Shown here: piece by piece, positions 44,448 to 55,946 of the stretch | Position numbering within the stretch: the stretch's first letter is position 1 | How the letters are laid out: every line of letters begins with the position of its first letter | NCBI RefSeq assembly: GCF_000142905.1 | Contig: NW_013657651.1 | Location: 310,001-374,000, forward strand | Origin: Thecamonas trahens ATCC 50062 | Taxonomy: Eukaryota; Protista; Apusomonadida | Length of the DNA stretch: 64,000 bases | Direction: 5' to 3' | Translations under genes and position numbers: made by a program | Notes under the pieces: generated by a model | Seen by the model: the letters and a program-made list of their open reading frames with translations, nothing else | Told to the model about the DNA's origin: nothing | The model's database searches: none

Positions 44448-46790
44448 ATGACGCGTGCTACCCGAGGGCGTCGGTCTGGACGGGGGAGGTCGGAAGAAGC
44501 TGGGGGAGAGGGAGGCGGAGACGGAGGCAGAGCTGGCAGCAGCGGACAGAGTGTGGCTATGGAGGTGGAAAAGGGCGGACAAAGTGGCAGTGGCAGAGGT
44601 GGGGACACTCGTGGTGGCACTAGTGGTGCTGGCAATAGCCATGGATTCATCACAGCACCGATCACTCCGTATGCAGAAGTCAATGACGATCATCCCGGTC
44701 CGGGTGGTGCTGCGCTCATCCCGCACTCGACAGACATTTACGCCAAGGTGCAAGAGAAGCCGCCGTCGGAGAGTGATGCTGCTACAGGCACGACGAGGGA
44801 AGGCTTTGAGGGCTGGCCCATTGAGGACCTCTCCAATCTGATCACAAACTTGACGCTCATGGGCGACGTGGCGGCGGAGCGGAAAAAGTACGCAGAGCGT
44901 CAGATCGCTGCGCTTGAGGCTGTCGAGGCGGCTATGGCCGAGTCGAATGGAACCGGCGAAATGTATGTGGCGGCACATGCGGCGCGGGTTGCTAACGGGT
45001 ATGGGGTCAAGTCTGCGGCGCAGCATCTGGAGAAGCTCAAGCTGCAAATCGACGGCGTAACCTCGTCGCGCAAGTCGGTCCGCACCAAGCGGGTTTCGCA
45101 GGCGGCACAGCTCGAGCCGATGAAGCGCTCGCTGTATGATGAAGACGACCCAGCGCTGGCTTATCTCCAGAACTCGCGGCCAGGAACCGGCGGCAAGGCG
45201 CCAGCAAACGCCGACGCGGCGGCGGCGTCGAGCGAGAATCGTCCAACAGCGCCAGTCGACAAGGGGCTCAAGATCAAGCTCCGGGTCCCGCGCGAGAGCG
45301 GCGGCAAGGGCGGCAAAGGCAGCAAGAGTGGCAAGGGCGGGAAGGGCGGGAAGGGCAAAGGCATCAAGAGCGGGCATGGGAGTGAGGCTGGCTCCAAGTC
45401 GCGATCCAAGTCGAGCAAGTCGCGGCGTTCGCAGTCGAAGCAGGCGCCTCTGTCGTGGCCCCGGCTGGACCGTCTAGTGGAGCGGTTCCAGAACGGGCAG
45501 TACCTGACGTCTGAAGAGCTGCTCGCGGCCGACTACACCGAGCGCGGCGAGTACGCGTTCTGGCACTCGGTCGAGCCGTACTTTCGTGACGTGACCGATG
45601 CGGACATCGAGCTTCTTGCAGAGCACGGCATCCACCCGAACGACTCGGCGTTTATTGTGCCGCGGCTCGGGCGGTTCTACCGCGACGTGTGGTACGAACA
45701 GGACATCGAAGAGCACGAGGGCGTGTCCAAGTCGAAGCGGTCGCGGACGTCGCGGTCGAACACCAACCGCGACTTGTCGTACATCAACACTGGCGAGCCG
45801 TCGCTTGCAACGCGGGTCCCGCCGCAGCCAATCTCGCAGCTCGCCGACGAGGCGCTCGAGTTTGGACTCGGGCTGGTGACGTCGCAGCTTGCCGGTGCCT
45901 TTGTCGAGGGCACCGAGGTTGAGGCGCTCCCGTGCCGTGGGGCGGCGGCCAAGGCGGCATTCCCCAAGGGCCCGGCGTTTGGCTCCGGCGCGGGCGTGGC
46001 GGCACCGACTGCCATTGCGGTCCACCCGCCTGGTGCCGGGGCGCGCGGGCGCGGAGCGAGCGGCCTACCGTCGCCGCGGGCGTCGCAGCTCGAGTCGATG
46101 GACATCGAGAGCGATACTGCAGCGTCGCGACCGGGCTATGTCCACTCGCGGTCCGAGGCCGAGGCGCTGGAGGATCGGATCACCATGGAGCTGCTCTCGG
46201 TGGGGATCATCGACCAGGAGCCGGAGGCCGACCTTCCCGAAGACGACGAGGTGTGTGTCGAGCTCCGAGCCATGCAGCACCAGCTCTCGATGTGTATCCA
46301 GGAGACGAACGCCAAGAAGCGGCACCTGTACAAGCGGATGCGGCTCCTCTCGCAGGAGCAGCGGCGAATCCGGATCCAGCGGCATGCGGCCAAGTTGGTC
46401 GAGGTGGCGTGCGAGCAGTTTTTGGCCATGCCGGCCGCCGACCGCCCGCGGGCGCACAACTACCTCCAGGTTGTACTCGACACTTGGCGCAAGGCACACT
46501 CTGCCGTGTCACAGCGCAACGCGCCGCCACCATCGCCGTTTGCACAGGCGTCGGGCACTAGCAGCGGGCGGGCATGGGGTACGGTCACGGCGCGCGAGCT
46601 CAATGCTCGCGCCATGCCGACGCAGGCCTCAGGCGGGCCGACTGGTATCCACGCGCCGCCGTCTCATCCGGCGGCGGCGGCAACCCCAACATCCGCAGCC
46701 GCGCACTCCAACTCGCAAGCCCGGTCCGATCGGCGCCACGCCGCGTATGCGGCGGCGGTGGCCGCTGCCGCCGCGCGGCGAGTCACGTAA
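44448..46790 (+). CDS. ADA3: SAGA/ATAC subunit ADA3/NGG1
   Basis: FWHSVEPYFRDVTDADI, VPRLGRFY..VW..QD, LEDRITMEL...GII, DDEVCVELR..Q..L. Confidence 0.85.
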   Translation: MTRATRGRRSGRGRSEEAGGEGGGDGGRAGSSGQSVAMEVEKGGQSGSGRGGDTRGGTSGAGNSHGFITAPITPYAEVNDDHPGPGGAALIPHSTDIYAKVQEKPPSESDAATGTTREGFEGWPIEDLSNLITNLTLMGDVAAERKKYAERQIAALEAVEAAMAESNGTGEMYVAAHAARVANGYGVKSAAQHLEKLKLQIDGVTSSRKSVRTKRVSQAAQLEPMKRSLYDEDDPALAYLQNSRPGTGGKAPANADAAAASSENRPTAPVDKGLKIKLRVPRESGGKGGKGSKSGKGGKGGKGKGIKSGHGSEAGSKSRSKSSKSRRSQSKQAPLSWPRLDRLVERFQNGQYLTSEELLAADYTERGEYAFWHSVEPYFRDVTDADIELLAEHGIHPNDSAFIVPRLGRFYRDVWYEQDIEEHEGVSKSKRSRTSRSNTNRDLSYINTGEPSLATRVPPQPISQLADEALEFGLGLVTSQLAGAFVEGTEVEALPCRGAAAKAAFPKGPAFGSGAGVAAPTAIAVHPPGAGARGRGASGLPSPRASQLESMDIESDTAASRPGYVHSRSEAEALEDRITMELLSVGIIDQEPEADLPEDDEVCVELRAMQHQLSMCIQETNAKKRHLYKRMRLLSQEQRRIRIQRHAAKLVEVACEQFLAMPAADRPRAHNYLQVVLDTWRKAHSAVSQRNAPPPSPFAQASGTSSGRAWGTVTARELNARAMPTQASGGPTGIHAPPSHPAAAATPTSAAAHSNSQARSDRRHAAYAAAVAAAAARRVT

Positions 46791-46817
46791 ATGCATGGAA
46801 AACCGAGCATTTTTCAA

Positions 46818-47160
46818 TTACATCTGGTGGATCACCTCTTTGGCGCGCTCGATGGCGTGCAGGACGCCAGACGTCACAGTTGCATTGAGCGCCGTGAAGG
46901 CGGTGTCAAGCGACTCGTCGCATCCAAGCAAGCGGCGCTGGTCAGACCAAAGTGTGACGGCGATAGCGACAGCTAAGGCACATACAAACATGGCGACCTT
47001 GATGGGAAAGGCGAGAAGGTGGCGGGGAACGGGTGGCCAGGCGACAGCGTCGGCTTCAAAGCGAGTGACGAGCTCGGGGTGGTGGAACAGGAGCCGGGAG
47101 AAAAGAGATGTGTGATGGGCCTGATGAACAACAGCATGCACAGAGAGCATAGCCAGCATA
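46818..47160 (-). CDS. Small membrane protein, paralogue of 47450-47800; 5' end unresolved (possible extra exon at about 47296-47437)
   Basis: HLLAFPIKVAMFV...RRLLGCDESLDTAFTALNATVT aligns with the neighbouring ORF. Confidence 0.55.
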
Positions 47161-47449
47161 GCTGCTGCGCGGCGATCGCGCGTGTGGAGCAATCACAAGC
47201 GCGCACAAGGAGCAAGGCCGGCATTGCAGGTGCGGGCTGCACGATAATCGCGGACATGGAACATAGACACCAGGCATTGAGGCGCTGATACGCACAGGCC
47301 AAGCACTGCAGCGAGCAGCAAGATGTCGGGCAGCGGAGTGCCGATGTGTGACGTCAGGCGCGTTGCCGAAGTCAGAGGTTGGTATGGGGAGGATGGAGAC
47401 AGATAATCTTCGACAAACAGGGCCGATACGTGTCCATGGGCGCTGCGGC

Positions 47450-47800
47450 TCACATGTTGTTGAGATGGCTCTTGAGTGAGGCCTTTGCCGTGGCCTTTGC
47501 ATGGCGATAGGCATGTGTGAGGGTGACGTTGAGGGCCGAGAGGGCTTGATCCAGGTCATGATCACAGCCGAGATGACGACGATGCTTGGGCTTGAGAGTG
47601 GTAGCGGCCAGAACAACAAGGATGACAAGGAAGAGCGCGAGTTTGAGCGGATACGCCACAAAGTGGTCGTAGATGGTGGAGAAGACGATCCAAACAGCGG
47701 CGGCGGCGGCGGCGAGGACGACCAGTCCGACGGCCGGATCCCACTCGGAGAGGTCCTGACCCCAGAGCAGATCGAATACAGGCTTGAGACTCCACCACAT
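47450..47800 (-). CDS. Small two-TM membrane protein of unknown family
   Basis: Two hydrophobic helices, then RRHLGCDHDLDQALSALNVTLT. Confidence 0.65.
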   Translation of the reverse strand: MWWSLKPVFDLLWGQDLSEWDPAVGLVVLAAAAAAVWIVFSTIYDHFVAYPLKLALFLVILVVLAATTLKPKHRRHLGCDHDLDQALSALNVTLTHAYRHAKATAKASLKSHLNNM

Positions 47801-47982
47801 GGTATGTGGGAGAGTGATTGCCGTGTGGTGTGAGTTTGGTGTGCGTGGATATGCCCTCTCGCGAGTGGTGTGCGTCGCCGTGAGCAGAGTATCCGACGGC
47901 CGTTGGTCGGTGTTCCGTCGATTCGATTTCGGCGGCGAAGGGAGGCCGGAGTTCGGAGGCGGGGCGCTTTAGCGATGGGGAA

Positions 47983-49900
47983 CTAGAAATCGTCGTCGTC
48001 GACGGCAAGGTCCTTGAGAAGCGATGAGAGTTGGTCGAGATCTATGTCGGTGGCACCGTAGTCGTCGCCGTCGTCAGTAAACGAGAGGTTGGTCAGCTCG
48101 CTGTCGTCAAAGCCGTCGGGGGAGTGGCCGATGGCAACGGCGGCGGCGGCGGAAGCGGCGAGCGAGTCGGCAGAAGCGGCGTCGTGGTCGACGAGATCAT
48201 CCGGGTCGGTGGCCTCAAGAATGGCGTCGATGTTGATCGAGGAGACGACGCCCTCGATGGTGGTCTTGCGGCGCGAGGCGCGGAGCGGCTTGGACGCCAC
48301 CGACGGCTTGGACGGCCGGCTGGCAAGCCGCGACTCCTTGCGCGGCGGCTTGGGCTTGGGTTTGGGGGGCGCCACAAACTTGGATGCGATAGCGGTGGCG
48401 GTAGCAGCGGCCTCGACGGTCGCAGCAACAGCCACCGGCTTGGCCCGCATGGCGATCGAGATCTTGCGGACGGCGGTCGGCTTGCGCTTGGGCGGCGGCG
48501 CCGGGGCCTGGCCACGGCTCTCCGAGACAGTGGACAAGCGCTCGCGCCTGGGCATCGGCTTGGGCTTGGGCTTGGGCTTGGGCTTGGGCTTGGGCTTGGG
48601 TGGCGCTGAAGGCGTCGGGTCGTCCGAGACGCCGGCGACGCCGGCGACGGCGGCGGTGAGGGCGTCGACGTCAATGTCCTCGAGGTCGACATCGTCCAAG
48701 CTGGCGGGATCGGCCACGGCGTCGGCGTCGTGTCCATCGACATCACCGTCACCGGGATCAACCATGCACGCATACGACGACACGATGCCGCGCTTGCCGG
48801 CCTCGTCTACAACCACAAGGAGGGACGGGAGGTAGACAGCAACAAGGCGAAGGACGTCGCCAAGCTCGGGATCTAGGACCGGAAGGCCCTGGCCGGCGAG
48901 GGCAGTGCCGAGGCGAGCGGCAACGTCGGCAGCGGGCACGGTGTCAACGACGGTGAGCCATGTGGCAACCGACCAGTCGTCGGCGTCGGCGTCGGTGTTG
49001 GTATCGGCGTCGTCGAGATCGAGGATGTCAATGTAAGCGGCCGGAACAAAGCCGCCACGCTTGTGCGGAGCAGAGGCGACCTGGATCCAGCCCGGGTTCT
49101 CGGCCTCGTCGCCGTCGACGATGACGACCAGCTGGCCGGCAACGAGGTCAAGCTCGGCCTCATCGAGAGCGACATAGTCGAATCGGGCAAGGCCGTACTC
49201 GATCCAGCTGGTGTGACCAGCGACGGGTGCGACGATGGTGAGAGGAATGAGCTCGCGGTCGAGGTCGACAACGGCGACTGTTGTCTCCTCGAGGCCATAC
49301 ATACGCTCGGCGGCATGTATGCTGTCGAGGAGGGCGGCGGCCTCGGGCACTAGCAGGTTGTGGTGCTCGAGCGCGGCCATGTGCGACGGAGAGCCAGCTT
49401 CGTAGGCCTCGGCGAGCCTGAGGATGTCGCTCATCTGACGGAGGAGCGATGCATGCTTCTCCTGTTGCATGGCGAGGATCTGAAGCTGGCCGGCCGAAGC
49501 TTCGACAGTGACAGACGAAGCCTCAATGCCGGACGACTCGCCCGGGAGCAATGCAGGAAAGCCAAGGCCGGTGGCGGTGAGCGAGGCAATGACTGGCACA
49601 CCCATGCCTGCTAGTGCGGTGTTGAGGCGGGCAAGCTGGGTTCGGGCGGAGTCAGCAGCCGTGGCAATCTCGGCCGAGACGTCGGCGTAAGCGCGCGACG
49701 AGGTGTCGTATGTGCCGCGGAGGCCAACAAGTGCTTTGAGCTGGCCTGCAATGCGGCGAAGGTGGGCGCGGGCGTCTTCGGCAAGAGCCTCGGGTGGGAC
49801 GTCGGCATCAGGATCGGGAGTGGGCTCGGCAGAAGCGGGCGCGGGAGGGGGGCGGCCGACTCGGCAGTAGAAGAAGTGGCAGCTTCTGTGGGAGCGGCTG

Positions 49901-49938
<38 letters not shown>

Positions 49939-51233
49939 TCGGCGTCGGTGCCGGCGTCGGTAGCGAGCGCGTAAGTGGTGTAGGACACTGGAAAGACGCC
50001 GACGTCGCCGTTGATCATGCCCTCGGCCCAGCCGTCATCAAATACCTCGATGAGCAGGATCTTGTCGCCGGCCTTGAAGTTGAGCTCGTCGACCTCGTCG
50101 GAGATGTGGGCGTAGAGCGCCTGGACAATGCGCTCAGACGGCGAGGATCCGGCGAGGCCAACGAGCGAGGCCGGTGAGTTGCGGAGCGAGCTGCTGCCAG
50201 GAGCGGCGGCGGAGACCATGACGAGATCCTTCTGTAGCTCCGGGTTGAGAGCAGAGCGGTCAACGTTGCCGCGAGCGGCGGCATCGCGGGCGCGAGCGTG
50301 GATGGCAAGATACATGCGGAGCGTGTCAGCAAAGTGAAGCGCGGCCGAGGTGACGGCGACGAGTGGCGACGAGCGCTTGATGGAGATGGCCAGCTTGCGG
50401 TCCTCGGCCGAGACCTCGCGGATCGAGTCGAGCGGAAACGAGGCTTCGACGAGCCTGTCCTTGGCGGAGAGGACAAACATGCCGCGAGCAGAGATGCCAA
50501 GCAGCCGCTTCTTGAACTTGGACTTGGCGGCAGGGAGCGGGGCGAGGTCGGCGGTGGCCGAGCCGGGAGGAAGCGAAGAGCGGATGGGGATGACTTCCAT
50601 GCCAAACATCGGATGGTTGCGGAAGACGTTGATGAGCGAGAGGCGGACGGTGTCGTCGGACATGGCCACTAGCTGGCTTTGCATGTCTGCCACAGACGAG
50701 TGGAGGACCTTGTCCTTGCGGAAGCGGGCGCGCCACTTCTTGGGCACAAACGTGGAGGCTGCGATGAGCTCGAGGAGCTTTGCCCTTCCTGCCACGCGAT
50801 CGGCAGCCTCTGCCATAGCAGGATGGCCCAGACGAATGGAGGCAGCAACAAAGCGAACGAGCTGAGTCTTTGTCAGCGGAATGCGTGCCGAGAGAATGCG
50901 ATGTTGCAAGTCCTCGAATTCGATGAGGATGTGCAGAGGGCGAGAGGGAGCGAGATGATACCAGACGCGACGAGTGTAGTTAAGAAGCGGAGCAGAAGAA
51001 GGATCACGCATAACAGCGACATGATCGACGAGACCAGCGGCAGCCAGAGTCAGTTCCGGAGACAGCCAAGCCTTTCCATGCGAGATGCCATACTCACATC
51101 GCTCCTCATCAGCAATATCAAAGGCCTCTCCCAGCTCCTTGCCCACCACGCCCAGCTTGGCAAAGGGATCCACAAGCACAGTCCGGACGAGCGAGCCCAC
51201 ACACACCCGCACAGGCACCTTGACCGTAGCCAT
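47983..51233 (-). CDS. Talin-head-like FERM + 2-3 SH3 + Pro/Lys-rich region + LD-like tail; frame break at 49847-49852
   Basis: WLSPELTL, FVPKKW, HPMFG, KRLLGISARGM (FERM F1-F3); ALYAHISDEVDELNFKAGD..DGWAEG..GVFPVSY and ARFDYVALDEAELDL..GW..GFVPAAYI (SH3). One extra C joins the two ORFs. Confidence 0.85.
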
Positions 51234-52014
51234 GGTCGGACGTCGGAGCTTCGGGTTGGGTGACGTGCTAGTGGAGGTGGTGGAGCACGAAGCGGGGGTT
51301 GGACGAGAGAGGGAGGGAGGGGATGGGGATGGGGATGGGGGGATGAGGGGATGAGGGGATGAGGGGATGGGGGGATGGGGGGATGGGGGGGTTAGGTGAG
51401 GTGATTGGATCGGGAGAAGTGTACACTGAACACAGTTCTGTTGATGTGGGTGGGTGGGTGGGTGGGTGGTGGTGGTGGAGGTGGTGGTGGTGGTGGCTGC
51501 GGGTGGAGGTGGTGGTGGCAGTGGCTGCGGGTGGTACGAGTTGGCGAGTTGGCGAGTTGGCGACTCGTCGGCTTGGGGGGGNNNNNNNNNNNNNNNNNNN
51601 NNNNNNNNNNNNNNNNNNNNNNNNNNNNNNNNNNNNNNNNNNNNNNNNNNNNNNNNNNNNNNNNNNNNNNNNNNNNNNNNNGAGGAAGTAAGACTTTTCT
51701 TACAGCAGACGATAAAGACTGATGAGAGGATCAAATCGGTAAAGGCCGCAGGGAGAACAATTCATACCGAACAGTTTCCACAAGAAGATTGTATTCGACT
51801 TAGTCCATGTGTGACGTGTGGTCCTAATCCTTGACACCCATGTAGTCCATGCCGATGCGGTGCACCATGCGCTCGACCATAAACGTCACTATCTCTTCAA
51901 ATGTATCCACGACAGAAAATTTCGTTGTTGTGGGGGGGGGGGGGGGCAGACGTTGTCTTTGGTACTCCACTCCAGGCTGGCCAACTAGAGAGGAGGGGAC
52001 CGAGACCGAGGAGG

Positions 52015-52515
52015 ATGGAGAACACGCAGGCAACACATGTGGTGTCTTCGGAGGGACTGGAGGAGCTGGTGAAGCAGATTGACCCAGCTGAGGCTCTGGA
52101 CAACGAGGTGAAGGAGGTACGGGGTTTGAGAGGCTGAGGTGCGGACGGGAGGGGGGGGGGGGGGGGGGGGAGGAAGGGAAGGTACTCATGTAGGTATGAA
52201 TGGACATTGATGTGGGTGTGGTGGCTGGTGGCTGGTGGCTGGTGGCTGGTGGCTCGGTGAGTGCAGGTCCTGTTTGAGATTGCCGACGACTTCATCGAGT
52301 CGGTCACCTCCTTTGCCTGTGCTCTGGCCAAGCATCGCGGCTCGGACACGCTGGACGTCTCGGATCTCAAGCTCCACTTGGAGCGTAACTGGGATATCCA
52401 TGTTCCGGGCTTTGGTGGTGTGGACATGGACGTTGCTCAGATCCCGCCCGTCACCGACGCTCATCGTCAGCGCCAGGCCGCTGCCAAGGCCGTCGCCGAC
52501 TCGATCCTCCCGTAG
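52015..52515 (+). CDS. TAF12: TFIID/SAGA subunit TAF12; exons 52015-52116 and 52267-52515
   Basis: LEELVKQIDP...LD.EVKE|VLFEIADDFIESVTSFACALAKHRGSDTL...DLKLHLERNWDIHVPGF; GT-AG intron keeps frame. Confidence 0.95.
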
Positions 52516-52569
52516 AGAATGGCGGGCAAGTGAAGGAACTGATGCCATGGAGATAGAGAAAGTGTATGT

Positions 52570-52613
<44 letters not shown>

Positions 52614-52797
52614 AGGGGGGGGGCAACCGGCATGTGCCATTTGCTGTTGCCCCTTTGGTCGACATTGACTAGCAGAGAGCAGCAGCATGAGGAGACAGAG
52701 TATAGGTATGGGCATAGGTAGGGGTATGGGTATGAGTACACTCAACTCGGTAGAGTGAGGCAGTAAGAGTAGCCACATACGTACATAGAGAGGGAGT

Positions 52798-54678
52798 ATG
52801 GCAAGTGCTGCAGTGGGTGCAGGGGAGAAGCATGAGTATGAGGTGGGCGATGAGAAGGTCGGCGGCGGACGTGGCGGGCATGGAGGCGGTGATGGTGGCG
52901 GGCATGGAGGTGGTGGTCGGAGTAGTGGACGGAGGAGAAAGAGAAAGAGACTGGGTGAGTATGTCCTGGTGCGTGAGGTTGGTGCTGGCGCTACGGGAAC
53001 GGTTTGGCTCGCGGAACGGCGTGTGGAAGCGGGTCTCGGACCGCCTCTCTCGGGTGTCGTCATCCGTGGTGATGGGCGCCTGGTGGCTCAGGTGGCCATC
53101 AAGTCGATTGCAAAGGCAGAGCTGAAGCCAAAGGATCTGAGGAGGATTGCAAGGGAGATTCTCATCATGCAACAGTTGAAGCATCCCAACATTGTTCAGC
53201 TCCATGAGGTGCTCGAGACAAAGACCAAGCTCCATCTGGTCATCGAGTACTGTGCCGGCGGCGAGGTTTTTGAGCATGTGGAGAAGCACGGGCCCATGAC
53301 CGAGGCCTACGCCAAGGTTGTTGTCCGCCAGGTCGCCGAGGCCCTCAAGTACTGCCATCGTAACGGCGTGGCTCATCGCGACGTCAAGCTGCAAAACATT
53401 CTCATGGACGCCTCGCATCAGATCGTCAAGCTCTCCGACTTTGGCATGTCGTCGATGGACGTGACGACCAAGAGCCTTCTTGCGACGGCGTGCGGGACGC
53501 CTTACTATGTGGCGCCCGAGGTGACGTCGGGCCAGGGCTACCGTGGCTTCCCGGCGGACGTGTGGTCGCTCGGCGTCTGCCTCTATGCGCTCATTGCTGG
53601 CCAATTTCCGTTTGACGGCACTTCAGTGCGCTCCGTACTGCAACGGGCGCGCGACGGTGTCTTTACCATGCCCGGCAACGCGAGCGCCGAGCTTGTGGAG
53701 CTCCTCCGCAACACGCTCAACGTTGACGAGGACGCGCGGTGGACCATCGACGACGTGCTGGCCTCGGCATGGCTGGCCTCGCTCTCGGGTGGGCCGTCAG
53801 GAGGCCGGTCGGCACGGTCACTGTCGTCGGCATCGGCGTCGTCCCCTCCGCTGTTGTCGGCGACGCTGCCGCTGCCCGGCACCGCAGACGCCGCCGGCGG
53901 GCCTTCGGGCGAGCGCTCGGATGGCACTACCGACGACGACGAGCTCGACGACTGGGTGTGGATCGACTCGACCTCGTCGGGCGCCATCAACACGGTGGAC
54001 ATTGCCAAGACGCGCGCCGCCGGGGTGCGGGTCGTCATTCCGCCACGCCACCCGCCGGCGGTGCCGTCGGCGCCGGCCCGCGCGCCGGTGGTGCCGTCGG
54101 TTCCGGTCCCGGCCATGCGAGCATCGCGGCCGTGGATGGAGGCGGGCGCACCGTCGATGTCGTCGGTCCTCTCGGCGTCGTCCGACTCGTCGGTCGCGTG
54201 GACGCCGTCGGCGGCGGACATGGCCCATGGCACGTTTGTGGGCACGCCGACGCTTTTTGCCGAGCACCAGGGCCCGACGACAATGTTTGCGACGCCGCCG
54301 TCGACCGCTCTCGCGCTTCCGCAAACCTACGAGCCCGAGGCCAACATTGTGCTGCCCGACGAGCGGCTGTCAGACCGCGAGATGTATGCGTCGATCTCAT
54401 CGGCATGGACCCACACGTCGTCGACCGACTCGCTCGTCTCGTCAGATGACGGCCACCTCGACCCTTCCATCCTCCCGGACCGTCCCGGTGGGCTCTGGGC
54501 CCGGCGCGGCTCAGGCTCGGGCTCGGACTCGGGCCTCGGCGTGCGCGGACCCGACTCGTCGTCGGTCTCAATCTCGCTCTCGCTCTCGGACGACCTCATC
54601 CTCGGGCCTGTTCCGCCGGCCGCCGACTCACCGGCCGCCAATCTTGCCGAGCTGCCGACGGCGCCGCCCAAGGTTTAG
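52798..54678 (+). CDS. Ser/Thr kinase, CAMKL (AMPK/MARK-related)
   Basis: GAGATGTV, VAIK, REI.IM..L.HPNIV.L, HRDVKLQN, DFG, TACGTPYYVAPE, DVWSLGV; Ser-rich tail. Confidence 0.92.
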   Translation: MASAAVGAGEKHEYEVGDEKVGGGRGGHGGGDGGGHGGGGRSSGRRRKRKRLGEYVLVREVGAGATGTVWLAERRVEAGLGPPLSGVVIRGDGRLVAQVAIKSIAKAELKPKDLRRIAREILIMQQLKHPNIVQLHEVLETKTKLHLVIEYCAGGEVFEHVEKHGPMTEAYAKVVVRQVAEALKYCHRNGVAHRDVKLQNILMDASHQIVKLSDFGMSSMDVTTKSLLATACGTPYYVAPEVTSGQGYRGFPADVWSLGVCLYALIAGQFPFDGTSVRSVLQRARDGVFTMPGNASAELVELLRNTLNVDEDARWTIDDVLASAWLASLSGGPSGGRSARSLSSASASSPPLLSATLPLPGTADAAGGPSGERSDGTTDDDELDDWVWIDSTSSGAINTVDIAKTRAAGVRVVIPPRHPPAVPSAPARAPVVPSVPVPAMRASRPWMEAGAPSMSSVLSASSDSSVAWTPSAADMAHGTFVGTPTLFAEHQGPTTMFATPPSTALALPQTYEPEANIVLPDERLSDREMYASISSAWTHTSSTDSLVSSDDGHLDPSILPDRPGGLWARRGSGSGSDSGLGVRGPDSSSVSISLSLSDDLILGPVPPAADSPAANLAELPTAPPKV

Positions 54679-54770
54679 TCCCCTCTCGCAGCATAGGGCA
54701 TCGGTCATGATGAATGTTTAACGGCGTCGGGCTAAGCAAGGAGATAGGGCGGTAGGATACGTGGAGGAAG

Positions 54771-55163
54771 CTAGTCCGAGTCGGAACGGGGCAGGTTGCT
54801 GTCCGAGTCAAACTGGGCGTTCCACTCTGCGACCCATGCGCGGTACTCGGGCTGTGTGTACCAGTCGTCGTCGAGGGCCTCCATGTCCGAGAGGCTCGCC
54901 TTAAAGGGGAAGGGCAACAACTTTGTTCCATAGGCAGCAGGCGGCGACGGCGGCGGACTGTCGACAGCCTCGCCAGGAGCAGCTGTGGGGAAGAGAATGG
55001 GCTGATCGATGGAGACGGCCCGCTCGCCGCCCTTGCGCTTGGTCGACGTCGCCCGCTTGGCCGAGCCCTGCCGGTGACGGTACTTGCGGTAGGCCCGGAC
55101 GGGCACAGCGCCCGCCACAGAAACCCAAGTCTTGGCCACAACAACACGGCACGCACTGAGCAT
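54771..55163 (-). CDS. Small basic protein with a mitochondrial presequence-like N-terminus (weak resemblance to mitoribosomal mL41)
   Basis: MLSACRVVVAK..VRAY presequence, TSTKRKGG, KLLPF. Confidence 0.45.
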   Translation of the reverse strand: MLSACRVVVAKTWVSVAGAVPVRAYRKYRHRQGSAKRATSTKRKGGERAVSIDQPILFPTAAPGEAVDSPPPSPPAAYGTKLLPFPFKASLSDMEALDDDWYTQPEYRAWVAEWNAQFDSDSNLPRSDSD

Positions 55164-55573
55164 CCTTGTGTTCCCCCAAAGTCGAAATGCAGTCGCGTGT
55201 GCCTTCCCTATACCTTCCGCTACCTGCCCACCCCTCGGTCGGCCGTGGATGTCGCGCCGAGCCAGATCGTCCGCCCCGTCCACTCGCCCGCTCGCTCGCC
55301 CACCATCCACCATCGCCGCTCTGATGCTGCGAGCGCTGGTCTTTTCTCAGCTGCTCTTATCTGGACTCATCGACATCTGGTGATTCTTGCGACGGATGTG
55401 TGATTGTTGGGTGGGTGGGGGTCGCGGGGGGTGATCGGGATCCAGAACGGGACGAGGTGCGCGAGGCTGTCGAGCTTGTGTCGAAGTAGAGGTGATCACG
55501 TACAGTAGCGAGCGGGGGATCGACGGGAACACGAGTTTAGGCTTGAGATGGGCGTGCGCGAGCGCGGCAATTT

Positions 55574-55946
55574 TCACGAGCTGTGGCTCCTTGTCGAGCC
55601 GTTGTGGGCGTTCGAGAACACGATCGAACAATGATCACGATCAGTTACGAGGAGCCACGGGGAGCCATGGGGAGCCACGGATAGCCACGGGTAGCCACGA
55701 TCAACCACATCAGCCACTCTGCCGTACTTACTTCTTGCTCTTTCCCGCCTCCTTCGCTCCAGCCTCGGCCTCCCGAGCGTCAAGAGCCGCCAACTCGGCC
55801 CGAATGAGACGTAGCCGCCGCTCGCCCGCCAGCACATCCATGGCAGACGACATCGATGCCTCCCGCTCGGCTTCGTCAATGTCCTCCTCCGTCTCCTTCA
55901 GCATCTCGAGCAGTTCGTCCCGCGTAAACTTGCTCCCGTCAGACAT
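55574..55946 (-). CDS. Small acidic helical hypothetical protein; probable 3' intron
   Basis: MSDGSKFTRDELLEMLKETEEDIDEAE... The apparent stop at 55728-55730 lies inside a perfect GTAAGT donor; a possible last exon encodes SHSS*. Confidence 0.45.

Noticed and set aside
44448-52515. ADA3 and TAF12 (both SAGA subunits) lying close together, and several calcium-related genes in the window
   Set aside because: Unrelated genes are interspersed and no shared regulatory feature is seen; compatible with chance in a dense genome.
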